From: Iphione sp. A-MEVVRFRX5
Taxonomy: Eukaryota
DNA length: 64,000 nucleotides
Direction of reading: 5' to 3'
Assembly (NCBI GenBank): GCA_976226885.1
Contig: OZ320317.1
Location: forward strand, 49,724,001-49,788,000
How positions within the stretch are numbered: the first letter of the stretch is position 1; each line of letters starts with the position of its first letter. This document shows positions 22,939 to 37,235 of this stretch, one piece after another. The notes under the pieces are model-generated. The model was not told where the DNA came from, did not search any database, and saw only the letters and a list, made by a program, of their open reading frames with translations. The translations under genes were made by a program, and so were the position numbers.

Positions 22939-25900
22939 GGCTTCTGAAGTTAATACGGCCCTACAAATATATTATGTGAATCCGGACGGATAAACAATTC
23001 CTGACCCCACACCATCTAATTACCGATATTATACAAGGGGTCCTATGCATCGATGGAGACTTGTCCTTGAAGCACTCTTGCTTCGGTTTTCGCATCTTCT
23101 AATCGTGTTTTGCCTGGGCAGGAGCTGGCACCGAGACACGACACGGCAGTGCGTGTAATTACAGGAGATAATAACGCTATCAACCAGCCCCATACGGTAC
23201 TGCCTATCTACTACCTATTTCGCAGAGTCCGATATACCTCTAGCTTCATGAGAGTTCCAGCGGTGCCAATTTCTAGGCCCCGACTAGTTGCCTGAGTCCC
23301 TATCATGTATGGAATTAACAAAAGTGGAGCATCGCAATAGATGACGTGTCCTTGAGGTAACAGGACATGGATGGACTTTCCCACATTATTAACTTATTGA
23401 TCAGCATGTGGGGATCCATATACCTGATATTTTTAACGAGCACGTGCTTATCGATCCGACAGCTATTGACCGAGGGACAAAGCCATTCTCTTAGGTGCTT
23501 ATATGCACGACGTATAATGAGATATGGGCAAAGCACCAATGCATAATCTGCTTACAGCTGATGCTATTCCATTACTATGTCTCCCAACTGATAACTATCT
23601 CCATTATACGCATAGACAATATTGTTCAGTAGAGGAGTGTCGGGAATATCATAATAGTTGCCATGTGTAGATATAAATGTAAACTGAAAGTAAACATGAA
23701 AATGTAAATTATCAATGTCAAAATCTAGGCTCAGACTTCAGAACATATATAAGCCATGGCAACAATATATATACTGTCTAGAGAACACCATGTTTTATAT
23801 TACTTGATAGGGGCCGCCCATATGACAGGATGGTTCATGAAGGAACTGGGTTCCGATTTCATGACTATCAATCTCTCCTCAGAGAACTGCAAATAATTAT
23901 GGCTGCGATGGACTGTCCAAAAGGAGTCGATCTACGGCGGTGTTTTCAGCTAAAGGCGATAAGACACGCTCTCCTTTCAGTCCCTAGCCCGATCTACAAG
24001 TTACCGTTGCCCACCCCCTTTAGCCACTAGCACCCGATCCTGATAGCACCCCTGCACCCCCCCCCCTCCAACCAGCCACCCCCGCTGCCTCTATTTACCG
24101 CGGTCACGTCCCTGCGCGACCCAACCGCCCCTACTCGCACTCTCTGTCAATTTCGGCGCGACAGCCAGCCGATATCTGAAGCCAGCGAGAGCAAAGAAAA
24201 ATCAACTTCTTTGATTTCCCTTGGTCCGGAGTCGTGTCACACGGGGGCTGCACTGGGATGCATCCTCCCCCCCCCCTCCCCCTGTCTCTCAACCCGAACC
24301 GCTTTATTTTTCTAAGGACTAGACGTCATGGCTGTGGTGCTGCCTGCACCACCACAGACCCTGCTTTCGGGTCGCGCTAGCCATAGTCACCTAGTTGTAA
24401 TCACACGGTTTCTGTGGCGCCTGACACGGGGAGAAAAGCTCCAGTCGCCTGCCGCCGGCGTGCCCGACGCTGCTAAACGTGAGCCTTTGAAGTCACGCCG
24501 GCGCGACCGGCCACAGATGGCCGGTGGTTGGGATGAGCTGTATGAAGAGACTGGTGCCGATGAAAGCCACTGCTTGAAGCCATTCATTTTTTACCGCTAG
24601 AGGCACAGTGGACGGACTACCAAGACGGGGGACAAGAGTGGGGTATGGTAGTGGTTGCAGCCCATTGATGTGACCATTTTAACTCGCCTGCCCATTGTGA
24701 CTGAGTCTTGTCAGCCCCCACCCAGTTGGTGGTGAGATGGGGGCCTTCATTCTATACGATCATGGAGGCCAGCTTTGCCAGTCTCACAAAGGTGATCACC
24801 GCCGACAGCTATCCTGCACTAGACGTCCGGACGACAAACATCTCATGGATCTGTCGTCTAAATCACGCGTGCCGACGATGGACGCTCGGTGGAGATCTCC
24901 GGTTGGCGTACACATTAGCCTTTGACCTTTTGCAACGAGGGCGATGGAGGCGGTGAAGGCGACCGGAAGGCGCGCATCGATAAGTTGTCATTTGGCCGTG
25001 CGGCGGACGCCGACACTGGCATCGCCCCGGCTCATTTGGCACGCGGACAATGGCGCTGAAAGGTCGTCGGACATGGGCGGCACAATAGCCACCAATGTCA
25101 GGTCGACGGCCCAGCCGCTACGGCTAGGTCTTGGCTTTTGAATACAGTCGCAAGGCCCGCATTGACAGAGTACCTAACCACGCCCATTTGTGGTCTGTAA
25201 CCTTCCTGGCTATTCACCTCCACAGCACTACTTGACGTGCGCTAACCCGGCGCTAGATCTTCGGGCAATAAACCTCACTGAGTGCACCGTCGATTTCATT
25301 CATATTGACATTGTGGCCTTTAGTATAAAATAACTGGGGCTTCAAGATTGACTCGACATAGCAGACTGGAAAAGGCGACACACAAAAAGTATGTGGAGCT
25401 GGCTGCACTCTGGGCTGAAACATGTGGGCCTTCGCGATTATCATACGCAGATAAATGTTTCACATCCCTGATGATATCAGTGGTCGATGTTATCGAGTTC
25501 AGTATATATCATTCAACACACCATATGCGGCCATCACAACGACTGGCAGTCAAATACAGGGGGGATAATGGACACTGGGCGCCTTAATAAATGGTAGAGA
25601 GGTCATTCAAGGGGCCTGGGGAGAGAGATGGCTGGTTAAGGTGAGTGACTTCTGGCAGAAAGTTCGCATAACGGATGCATGGGCACTTATACTGTCCGGA
25701 GGGATGGGCAGAGGAGGTAGCCTGTGTGAGAAAGACAATGCCACTGCATGCGAGGCCAACTGCCGATACAATCGCTGTGGCCATAACAAAGTCCGAGCCG
25801 TATCATATTTCCCGCCTGCTATCTGCTATCCGGTCTACATATGTCAACCAGCCTTCTCGGGTATGGCTAATACCACATCCGACCGCACAGCGGCAACCAG

Positions 25901-28681
25901 AGCCCGCCAATATGCCAGAGCCGCCGGCGTGTATGAAACCCACCAGCAGGACAGGATATCTTCATTATGGGAGCGGCCGCCTGCTAATCAGTTTGCACAC
26001 ATGTACAGTTTATCTCCCCCGTCTATGGTTGCCATGGAGAGTAGGGAACATATCACAAGAGGGTCGTGTTGCTTCTCCTGACTGGGAGATACGGTCAAGG
26101 CGCTCCATACAATATGTAATCTGGAAAATTCGGCCCTACTTGTTGATGCAGAATGTGAGCTGCGGGATCTACTGAGATGGACGGCTGCCGAGGATAAAAA
26201 TATCCCATAGAGCAATACAGCTTAGGCACGGCGTTTAAATCAACTCTAGAAGCCGACCGTCAATTTCAGTAGAAGGAAATGTGTCAGGGCAAAGGCATCA
26301 AAAATATATTGTCCCAACTGATGACCGTTGGATGCAACGCTATACATGTAAATGATTGTGTTCTCGAAAAATTCTTCTCCCGCGTAAATTAAGCGCGTTG
26401 TTTGAAAATGCACCCTGTAAAGGCTAATGGTGTCTGTAGGTACATAGGCAGCAGTCGAATAAAAATGATTCTATATATACAAGTAGTGGTTTTCCTTAAG
26501 AAGGCACTGTACAAAGATATTGGAAATAGATTTTCGCTTTATTGAATTCAAATCTAAAGAGTGTGTTGGAAAGGTGGGCGGAGAGGTGATTAAAGCAGGT
26601 AGTGGTTGTTTGAACTCATTAATGCAGCCGAAAACACTTTGCCTTGACCTGGTTGTCGATCGCTTTGGTGGGTTGCGGGGTCATTGAAGTGGCTGTGTGT
26701 GTGTGTGCGCGCGCGCGCGTTCACGTACATCTCTGTGTCTGCGTGCATCTCGACAACGGAGGTGGAGAGCTTTCAGGTAAGAAGAGTGCAAGACAGCAGC
26801 TGATGGGATTGGGTTCACAGGTGAGTCCAGCAGAGTGCATTTGTCCAAAGCATTCAACCGGCCCTGACCCTGGGAGTCATTCCGGTTTGATCCTGACTGT
26901 AGTCATGGTTAAACTTCCCATTGTTTATAATAGCACCCCGGGCAAGTTAGGAAGGAAGACGCACGCCAGAAACACAACATGTCTATGAATACAATAGAAG
27001 CGATGCAAAACATCATCACTGTTAAATATCTCAATCCCTAGTGCTTAATTAATTTCGATTAAAATATCCTTTGTATATCGATTGAGAATCCTTTGCTAAA
27101 ACCGACCAATCCTATTGTTATTGCATATTGGAGAGGAGAACGACGAGGAGGAGGACGAGGAGCAGGAGCAGGCGACGCGTTCGCCCAAGACACACTGATG
27201 CATTGAACGCTGCAAGGTGTGCGTCTATCCAACTCCAACTGACAGTCTACACTCTTTTCCATGATAATCCCTTCGTTCGTACAGAGCCTCTTAAACAGAT
27301 GACCGACAGAGACTGGGAGAACAGTAATCATACTTAAAGCAGGACATGTCCGACTAGGCATAATGAGGCGTGGGCTTGACTGGTGGGTCGCTGACTAAGC
27401 AACGACGCGAGGGAATGTGTGTAAGCGTCTTTCGTCCGCTGACCTCTATCAGCGAGCACTTAGCGCGTCTGTGCGCCAGGAGAATAATAACAGCCGGCGC
27501 GTTGGATGCCACTTTAGAGGACGTACCGGAGGGAGGGGGTATGCGTGGGTCAGAGGGAAAAGAGGAGAGCAGGTCAGCATGGCCACGCTGTTAATCTGCT
27601 TGTAATGAAATCAATAAGATCTGAGGAACCGCAGCTGCAGCTAATAGACCATACTGATCAGCTCAGGGGCTGACGGTGACTGGGGTGGACACGCTCTGTC
27701 ACCAGCTGCTTGAGCCATAAATCGCAACTCCAGTCATCTACCTATAAATCCCTGCACGATTCACTCGCCCAGTCACGGAAGCAGTCTCTTACCTATAAGT
27801 CGCCTCAATGGTGCCCTATTTATTGATCCCCACCAGTCAGTCACCTATAACTATTCCCCCAGTGTTGTCCCCACCAACTAACCTATAAAAATGGTTAATC
27901 TATGAGTCCATCGAGCAGTCCAGTATTTACTAATTCGCTCAGTAGTGACCCAATAATCCATTAACTGTTACTCGAGTTGTTGGTTCCCAAACATACCCAT
28001 CCATTTTGGTGCTATCACTACCTCTCTAACCAGTTATGTATAATACATGTGTTTTGATGCACCCCCACCACAAAAATACCATATATAGGTTCTTTCACTG
28101 CCAAACCACTGGTACATGGTAAATATATTTTAATGTAAGCCATAAAGTAACATTTCTTCACCATTTCGAAACACTGGTGGAACGAAAAGAAATAGGTGCG
28201 TCCACATACCCGTACATGCACTTACTTGTAACAAGTTAGCATTTTGGATTCGATTGCAACTGTTAGCGAATTCTGCGGAGTATGTAGAGTGTAGGAGAAT
28301 AAGAGCAAAGGAGATAGTTCTACTTTGATAGAAGGACGTGCGGCGGACCATCTACATTAAGTATGGATTCCGTGTCCTGTGTGCTTGTAGTGAGATATTT
28401 CCCTGCACAGCGGAGGAAATTCCCCAGCTGAATCAGGGCGCCAGCGCGGCGTGAAGCTCTGGCGCCGTCTCGATGACACATCCTCTCCAGATCAGGGCCC
28501 TCTGGCGGCCCTTCTCTCCTCTTTTAATAAATTATGTCCCCCTTAGGCGGAGCGCAATCGACCGCGCCACTCGGCGGCTCGGACAAACAAAGACTCCCAC
28601 TGGACACACAACCCCACCTTATACCCCCAATGCTCTTTACAACCCAGTCCACCTCAGATCCCTTTCGAGTGGCCCATCAGG

Positions 28682-28712
28682 ACAGGAAGTCAGAGCAATC
28701 TGCGCACGCGCA
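28682..28712. promoter_or_regulatory. ETS (ACAGGAAGT) plus NRF1-type (TGCGCACGCGCA) motifs in a CpG-rich island
   Basis: Adjacent consensus matches typical of TATA-less promoters. No TSS evidence. Confidence 0.3.
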
Positions 28713-29519
28713 GCGGGGCTTTCTGGGCGGGTCAGGCGACGGCGTGCCGGACTGAAGCGGCAGTTGCGTAAGCTCCGCGAAGGCCTTGCGTGGCGTGACA
28801 GCGTCCTGGCGGAGCGGCGGCGAGCCTCGCCTGGCCTGTAATTCTGATCAATTTTCCTAATAGCCGGATTTGTTACGCACCTACAACTGTCCATTTTGGA
28901 GGGGCAGCCGTTTGATCGGCGCCACCGATTAGTACATGGTGACGCCCCGTACTAGCGGTTGGAGACGGTTGGGCCAGGCGGCACGCCTGCTTGCCTGGCA
29001 CACCGCCATATCGGCGCATGTGCCAGATGTCGACTCACTGGTCCAAAAGACCCTGACATCGAGCTCGACGGGCAGGGAAAAACGAAATACAGTTGTCCAA
29101 GGATACGTTTTTCTACATTAGATATAAAGATTTGGCGGTCTTTTTTTCAGGATGACATCACATTATTAACAAGTTAGCGAAAACAAGAGCAGTAGTTGCC
29201 TAAAAATGTATTAGATTTAATTAAAATCCCTTAAGTTCTTTCTAATTGCTAAGGTTATATTTCGAGGATACCGTTATTTTATCAATAACTGAAATAGTGG
29301 GGGTTTCCGTCTATAATGGAACACGTTGGGGGCACAGGGTAGAGTCAAATGTTACTGCGATAAACATTTGTATAGGTCAATTCGCACATACACGGCTGAA
29401 TTTCCTTAGAGGTTTATATTCAGAGTGACTGTTTCTATGGGTGTGCCATTGAGGATAGGCTGACAAGTTTTCACGCTGAAACATACCATCTGCACCATAT
29501 ATTTACAGATGTGAAACAG

Positions 29520-29760
29520 GTAAATTCTATGGAAAAAAGGCAAAATTCATGCAAATTAGGACAAAAAAAAGCAAGATTCCTGCAAACTCAGCTGAAAACA
29601 TGAAGACAACAGAAAAATCCATGCAATTACGGTAGAAAACGGGAAAATTAATACGAATTTAATCAGGAAATGGCGACATTAATTTGTTTTTCACTGGACA
29701 GCACAGATTCAGTTAAAAACCGCAAAACTGGTGAACAGCAGTGAGTAAATGTGAGGAATT
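29520..29760 (+). repeat. Block of ~10-bp-phased A-tracts (probable TE interior)
   Basis: A-tracts at about 29522, 29533, 29542, 29553, 29563, 29584, 29595, 29613, 29625, 29636 and 29644. Confidence 0.6.
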
Positions 29761-32700
29761 ATGCTGTTTTGGCATAAAACATAGCTAAGAAAGCATTTTT
29801 AATCTCACTTTTTATACATGTACAGTGGGACATCCCGATTACAGACACCCTTGGTTCTTCTCCAAATCGTCCGCATTTCAGATGTGGCCGGTTTGAAGAT
29901 CTGTTTGTAGGATATGACTTGGGGGCCAAATTCACCCGAAAACACGTTGTCCACAGGGGTTATTCCCATCTACCTTTGAAAATGACATCTGACAAGGAAA
30001 CACTCCTGGCTATAAGTACTGTTAAAAACTGACAGAAGATCACGCCACCATGACTGTGAAAGAATAACTCTAAGGAAATTATGTCTTATTGCCTACAGCA
30101 CGTGGCATTTTTCTTATTCAAAACATCAAAACTAGACAGTACATCAGTGTTGTGTCCGTTCCAGAAACCTATGTATCAATTACGTGATCGTTTGGCTACC
30201 AGAAACGCTTGCAGTGCTGCCTTTATCAGCCCTATTTCCAATTCAAATATATATGTAAATTCATTTAGACATGAAGAAACATAGCGAAACCTGGTGGCAA
30301 ATGGTATTATCTTTATCAGCTGGATAGGCAAGAAAACCTTTCCTGCCGTGGACATTTTGAGCAACACGTAGTCGGTAAGTCCGGCCTTAAGACAATGAGC
30401 TTGCAAGCAACATCCATGTTATCATATGTGAATGCGCCACTCGCGCATCTGTGCGGATTTTCCCACGCGGTGAAACTGCAGGGAACCCACATGCTTTACC
30501 GTCAACCGCACACTATCTCTCACCGCCTACAACATTATCTTGTTGCCATGATCGATAATCCCAGAGATTTGTAATTTCAGACCCTGCTTGAAATTTATCC
30601 CTCGAACACAATGAACTGCATGTATTTTCTATGATTGACATCACCCTTGGCTCAAAAAAAAGGTCGGGGCGTAAGTACATATACCTGGCCCACGTAGATG
30701 TCTTTCCACACGAGCTGTTCTGCATAATCTCTGCTATTCTGTCGTGAAAGGCATATGCATACGAGCTATAGAGACAGTGTATTTGCAACCGGTAAGACAT
30801 TATCGAGTCACTGTCATATATGGCTCAAGAATAAGTTGCATCCATCCATCGTCACAAGAGCAACCTTTTTAAATCAGCGGTATACTAATTGGTGGGTGGA
30901 TGTAGATGTACCTTCAGACTATATCTCAACACAAAAGGACGCACTTACCTCCTCATGATTCTTTTATAATGAGCTTTACAGAAACATGCCGATTACTGAG
31001 GGAAATTTCTTGCATTACAAGCTGTTATCTGCAGTACGGAGGATGTGGCTGCATGCACTTTGCAGATCTGTTATCAAAATATCCGCCACAGATTTTGATC
31101 AACCTTTGCATAATAAAAAATGACATTCTTAAGTATTGACGCTTCACTGCAGGGTTGGTTATCGACCTATGTCTTATTTTATGTGCTTCGAAACATCCAT
31201 TCTAAAAAAGAAGTCTACTATTTCTATCAATATTAAACTTATTTCTATATCCAACATCGATACAAAGGATAATTCAGACCGCTAAATGGAAAGAAATGTT
31301 TCTTCAGAAACAAACATTGCTGTAACGCCAGTAATAGGAAAAGCAAACCGATTTCATTCTTGGGGTGCTCAGAGCTTAGAGTGCCAATATGTGGAGATCA
31401 GCATGCAATTTATGTGTTCATGCTGGTATTCAGTTACAATGCTGTATGAAGGCATTTGGCTCAGACATAGATACAACAATTGAACTTTTTTTAAACGTTT
31501 ATTTCCACTGGAAGTAAACAGGCACTGGGTCTTACATATCGAGTTATAGGTCCATTAGTATATGTCATCCTTGTGTCTATCCAGTAGGTCTTTCTATAGG
31601 CTCATAGTAGTCATTATAAATGCGTAAATATATGCTCACGTTAAGAAAAATAGGATGGCATGTACAGTTGAATCCCTATTTGCGACCACCGCTCTGGTCG
31701 AAGTACAAGTGGTTACTTTAGAGAATATGGTAAAAAATCGATTTTGTTGTAGATATCAATACTTTGTACAATCGAATAGAATATAGGGTATTGCAATGTT
31801 CCCAGATCTACTATGGTTATGGTCTTTGTAACATAGTATGAGTTCATATTCAACCAGTGATAATGGTTATTATAGGGGATCATTATAGGGGATTGGTCAG
31901 ATCTTAATGATGGGAATCGGCAAGAGAAAGGGGCAGTACGAGGTTCGCATTGTTGTTGGGACTCATTAAACCATATTAATCAATTATGGTACCCTCCAAT
32001 TCTCCTGAGCAATTTTTTGAGAAGCCAAATCGTTCATGTTGTCTCTTGATTACATGTACTTCATCTTTATGGAGTGGTCTAATTTTTAGATGTAAACTTC
32101 AAATAAAATAGTCTCCCGTAAATGTATATGCATCAATATGAATTATGGTAGAAACTTTAGCCCATTATTTAAAAGATGTATTGCCATATGATATTACTCT
32201 CTTCTACAATAATTGGAAAACAAAACGTTGTCTTGTAAATACGTGCAGACAAATCTCCCGATGTGGCATATAAATCATGAATCGCTGTCAGAGATCAATT
32301 TTCTTCTTCCAGCTGGAGAAACTCTCTTCTATGAGCTGCTCTCTTTCTAAGAACAGATCCGAGCTCTCTTTGGTAATCACATCACCTGAAGATAGAGGTA
32401 ATGTGCTGCACTAATTATGAAGGCACAGCAGGAATGACTCTGCGCGTGTGTTTACATCTGCATTGGTGATCTAATTATCACAGGCATTAGTGTCCGGTTT
32501 TCGGATGAGCATCTAGGAGTTGTTTGACCCAACTTGTGGTTCTTCGAAAGCACCAACAGGTGGCGGGCGAAAATTCCCGTACTGTGTTTTCTTATCAAAC
32601 ACGGATATCGCACTGGGAGAGCGGAGAGTGCTCCTAAGGTCGGTTCAGTGATTTACATCCGTGACAGTCATCAGTATGCTGTAGGAGACGTGAGGGGAAC

Positions 32701-34247
32701 GTGTAGGAAGGTGAGGGCAGGGAAGACGTGGCTGGCAGGGCAGAGAGGTGGAGTAGATTTTCGCACCATCTGCCAGATGGTAGCGTTCTGCCACTGATCA
32801 GTATCCAGACGGTCCGTACCCGACGTGGATACAGGAGGGCCTCTGCCACCTCCACCGAACGGCATGGAGTAGATGAGTACTGGCAGGCCGGGTTTAAGCT
32901 TACAGCAGTTGGGGTCAGTCCGGAGCACAGACTCCCGACGCCGGCCCCCTTTCCCATTGCACCTCGCCTCTCACTCGGCCCGTCGGCCGGCCCCCAAGAG
33001 GAAACAGACGCCGCCTTTGGTTTGTTTCCCATGCGAACGCGCGTGCAAAGGTCGTATGACTGGTGTCGCCATCAAGAGTGGCCGGATGTGGGGGTCCCGC
33101 CAGGCGGCCTTCCCCCCTGATTGGTGAATCTGTCAACATTCACGGGAGGACACGCTTCATGGGGGCGGGGCAGACGGACGGGGGCCGAGGTCGGACTGAG
33201 AGCCTGAATGGGTGGGCAGGAGCAGCTGCTAGTGCACGAAGGGCAACTACACGGGAGGAGGAAAGGGAACAGAAAGAGGGCGCGATAGGGTGGGAAGGCA
33301 GGACGTACCACGGTAGACGGCGGCGGCGGCAGTGACGGCAGCGGCGCCTCGGTAAATGGATGGGAGTTATGATGCGCCCCGGCTTGCAGAACGTGTCGTC
33401 GATTCATTGCCGGCGGCGGCCTCCACTCGGCCTCACGTGACACGCACTAATGGAGGCATTTCCCATTCGGGGCACGCGCGGCGGGAGCCGCATTCAGCGC
33501 ACCAATCCTGCCAGGTCAATTTCCTGGGGGACCCGGGGCATAATTTGAGAAGGCTTAATGGATACACTCGGCAGTGGACACTGAAGCGAGAAGGAAAACA
33601 CGGCGCTCATATTCGCCGCCACCCCGTCGTTACACGCCCAGCCCTACCCCAGCCCACTACCCCGTTCGAAGCCTCCAAACAAATAGTGCCACCGACGAGT
33701 CCGTCGGCGACCGTTTTGTCCCATTACATCCTGGTGAATAAAAATGTATCAGATCTGACGAGTTGCTCACACCTCCTCGTCGAGTACTCTAAATTGAGGA
33801 TGGCTGGCTGCCTTATCGGCGGCTTTTGCAAGGCGCCGGACACAGTGCCGCCAGTAGGATGCCTGATGAAAATCCCCAATTCTGTAGCCTACTAACGACG
33901 TGCGCCACTCCGACTGGTTGCTATTCCCTTCGCTTGGTAGTCAGCCGTTGGGAAGGAAAAGATCAGCTTTGAGTGTAAGGGTGCACCTGACCAGATGACC
34001 CCCGGACTGACAAGTTATTTTTATTAGGTGTGGTAGTATCGAGGCTCTAGCAAATGGAGGTGCAATACAGGTACAGAGTCTCTTCGACTAAGCAGGAATC
34101 AACGGTTTAGTCAGCAGTAAAAGAAACCTGCCTAGAATTATTGTGGGCGGGTCAACAATAATCTTATGACAATCACACGTAGAATGGGAAAGTGACAAAT
34201 ACATTGGCACAATTATAGAAAATGGGAAAAACAGTTGAAAGATCAGG

Positions 34248-34250
<3 letters not shown>

Positions 34251-34294
<44 letters not shown>
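34251..34294 (+). repeat. (AG)22 microsatellite
   Basis: Read directly from the sequence. Confidence 0.95.
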
Positions 34295-34296
<2 letters not shown>

Positions 34297-37201
34297 GTTA
34301 TTCGGTGGCCGCCATTTTTATCAATAATATAGAACTCTACCAGTGCAAACGGTCGAAACATTACAGCCCTTGGGTGTTATTGTTTGCCCCTGGCCCGAGA
34401 GGGAATGTGTAAAGGTAATCGCTTCATAAGCACCAACAGATAAATTACATCTTTAGGGCTGTGTCCCTCAGTTGGCCCGGAAAAGATGGTCGATCAGTAC
34501 GTAATTTGATAGTGTGCCAGCTGCTCTACCTTCATGATACACAGTTTCATACTAGACCAATTTTCCTCGGCCGGCACCAGAGAGAGGCGCTTCCAGGGTG
34601 GGAGTTGGGCTAAATGGAGGGCAGTGTGGTCTGTTATTGGGTTCTTGGGCCTGGTCGTACGGCTAGGCAATGAGCCATGGAAAGGTTTCCAGTTGTAAGA
34701 ACAGCCAACGAGTGCGCTCTCACAGGATAGGCTCGGCTCGTGTGACGAACATTAACCCATCTTCACGCCCACCTCAAAGGACAAGTGTCTCTGTGATCAC
34801 TTCTCCAGAGTATATTGCATTCCTCTCAGTGTCGCTTATGACACCCAGATGCCCCTTTCATCCACCAGGGAAAAAACAACACTCAGTACGACGATCGTAT
34901 CACCCAGATCTCTTCGTCTCCCACCCATATCATTCGACATCCTCCCCGCCCCCCGGCTTACCGGACTCCTTCAACCTTCCATCTCTACCCATCACAGGCG
35001 CTACATTGCATTTACTCAGGACAGTTGGCCGAGAAGAAGTAGACAAATCCATTCTCCTCCTCCAACTCCTCCACCTCCACTAGCCTGATGGGAAAGACAC
35101 ATTTTCCCAGGACACCCCCCCCCCCAAAATAGGTGTGTTTCTGGTTTACCCCCCACCCGCAATTAAGGAAAACCTCAACCTACCTAATTTCTCCCCTCAA
35201 AGAGTCCCTGATGCATAATTTAGGTAAGACAATAAGGAAGAGGGAAAATCCACAAAATAAGACTATAATCTTGAAATATAGTATTAGTAATATGAATTAT
35301 TGACACAGAGTACAAGTCATTTTTGTTAGCCTATTCTACACCAATGACCTATCTTTGCCGAGTGGAATCCTTATTGAATGGCTCTGCCATTGGCTGCTGT
35401 GATATTTATTACTATTGTGATGCAGAAAGGAGCAAATCTCTCTTGGAGAAGTACTAGTCTGTGTAACCTAAGTGCAAGATGTATAGTGATATTGGTATGA
35501 AAAAGCCGATGCAAGGCCTTATGGCCATAAAAAAATCAACCAATTCAGCTTCCAAATTAGAGCAGACCATTTACTTTGTTTTTAAGGGGCTAAAGCTTAA
35601 CAACTGCTGAAGTATCAACGACTGCAATGGGTGCTGCTGGGTATAGCCTCAGATCTAACACCTGAGGAGGATGTGAGGGTTGGACTGGGATAAGTAAGGA
35701 GGACCTCCATGGACAATGAAAACAATATCGTCAGATCTACCAACAGATGTGGATGGTGGGATTGCTGTTTTTGAACCAAACGTGCATTAGTTTGCTCTAT
35801 TGCTGCCAAATTTAGATGAGGTTTTTCTCATTTTTGGCATCATCTTAGAATTAAAACTGTTTTATATTTTTATTGTCTCCAATTTCTAAGAGGAATTGGG
35901 GACATAAGGAATGCTGCTGTCCAACCATCGGACCCTTATCATGACCTCATGGGTGTATTTCCTTCTAAGGAGAAACAAAAAAATTAACAACAAAAATATC
36001 CCCTTCTCCCGACTGGGTTTCATGCTGCTGGTAACCAGAAATACACCTTTTTTTACCCCTACAAAATGTCTCTGTCGTTATTAGTGTCCAGAGGAACGAA
36101 TCGTCAAAACAGTGTGAGTTTGGGTGGTTCAGACCGGGACTATTTGACTGCCAGCTTAACTGAAACCTGAAAGCGGGAATTAAAATATCACATGTGGGGG
36201 GAAAAGGGACTGCCTTTGGTTTTGTACACTCGGGGACGAAATGGGGCTGCGATGATAGATACGGCGTTGGACAACTGGGTAAAAATGAAAAGGGAGGTGT
36301 AAAGGGAGGTGTTACAGTAGTCATCGGGGTCAAAAAACGATAGCAGCGTAATGCATTGTATCTGATTGTAATCGCTGTGCGTGTGACAGATGACACGGGC
36401 ACGAAGACGACATGAAACTGAGACCAGAAGGGCAGAATTACGGGTAGAGACTGACTCGCCGGCTGACGACTCCTCCTTCTCCTCCGCCCAAGAGTGACAT
36501 TAAAACGACAGCGGCCCTCTCGGGTGCATGTAGGCAGTGGTAAGCTACTGAAGCAACAAAGAGGTTGCTGTGACATTGAGCCGATTGCCAGTCACCTCTG
36601 CACTAAAAGGTTTACATGCCTTAGCATATAGGTCATCGCTTGCACATCAGTTTTGATTCCAAGGCCATATCGATGCTGATTCTGAAGACAAGGCGAATAT
36701 ATTTGTTTGTGTTACAGCTTCTTGTTTCACTGTGTGAATCAAATCGATCTAATATCACTCTTCCACGTGTCTTCCAGCACTATGTGCATATCCTGCCCCT
36801 GCCCGCTAGTAGATTTCACAAGGTGTTGACGTAGGTCTGTGAGATGGACACTTAAGTAGATGTAAATGGAATTCGGTGTCGTTTTATTTTCCTTCTGGCT
36901 GCTGTAACCTCTAAAAGGAATAGCATCCGATCCAATAAAGCCTCACTGAATAAACAGCAAGAAAGAGGTTGCTCACTCAACTAATGCCAAACTTTGCTGT
37001 TGGCCGTCGCTGTCTCCTATTAAGTGATAGATGGGAGCTATTAAGAGTTAAATTACTTTTCCAGCCTCAAGAGCAGACAAGAAGAGTCGATCTAGACTTG
37101 ACTTCTATTCCAAACACTTCCTTTTCCTCTCGTTACAACTCTGCCTCTAATTTCATGCCTTCTTTTCCGGTCACTTTATTCCTTTCTTTCTTTATCTGTT
37201 T

Positions 37202-37203
<2 letters not shown>

Positions 37204-37232
<29 letters not shown>
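37204..37232 (+). repeat. (AT)n microsatellite
   Basis: Read directly from the sequence. Confidence 0.95.

Positions 37233-37235
<3 letters not shown>

Noticed and set aside
29821-29950. TA-CAGT Tc1/pogo-like left end (similar one at ~31663)
   Set aside because: No matching right TIR found, so the element cannot be delimited.
33356-33895. 179-aa plus-strand ORF
   Set aside because: No recognisable domain or splice context. GC-rich, enhancer-like sequence with overlapping ORFs on both strands.
35340-35960. Possible decayed transposase fragment (MMPKMRKTSSKF...)
   Set aside because: Many stops and no catalytic motif recognised.
35965-36576. 203-aa minus-strand ORF, the longest outside the gene
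   Set aside because: Starts at a non-ATG codon or lacks context, is Pro/Phe/Ser-rich from pyrimidine bias, and has no domain.
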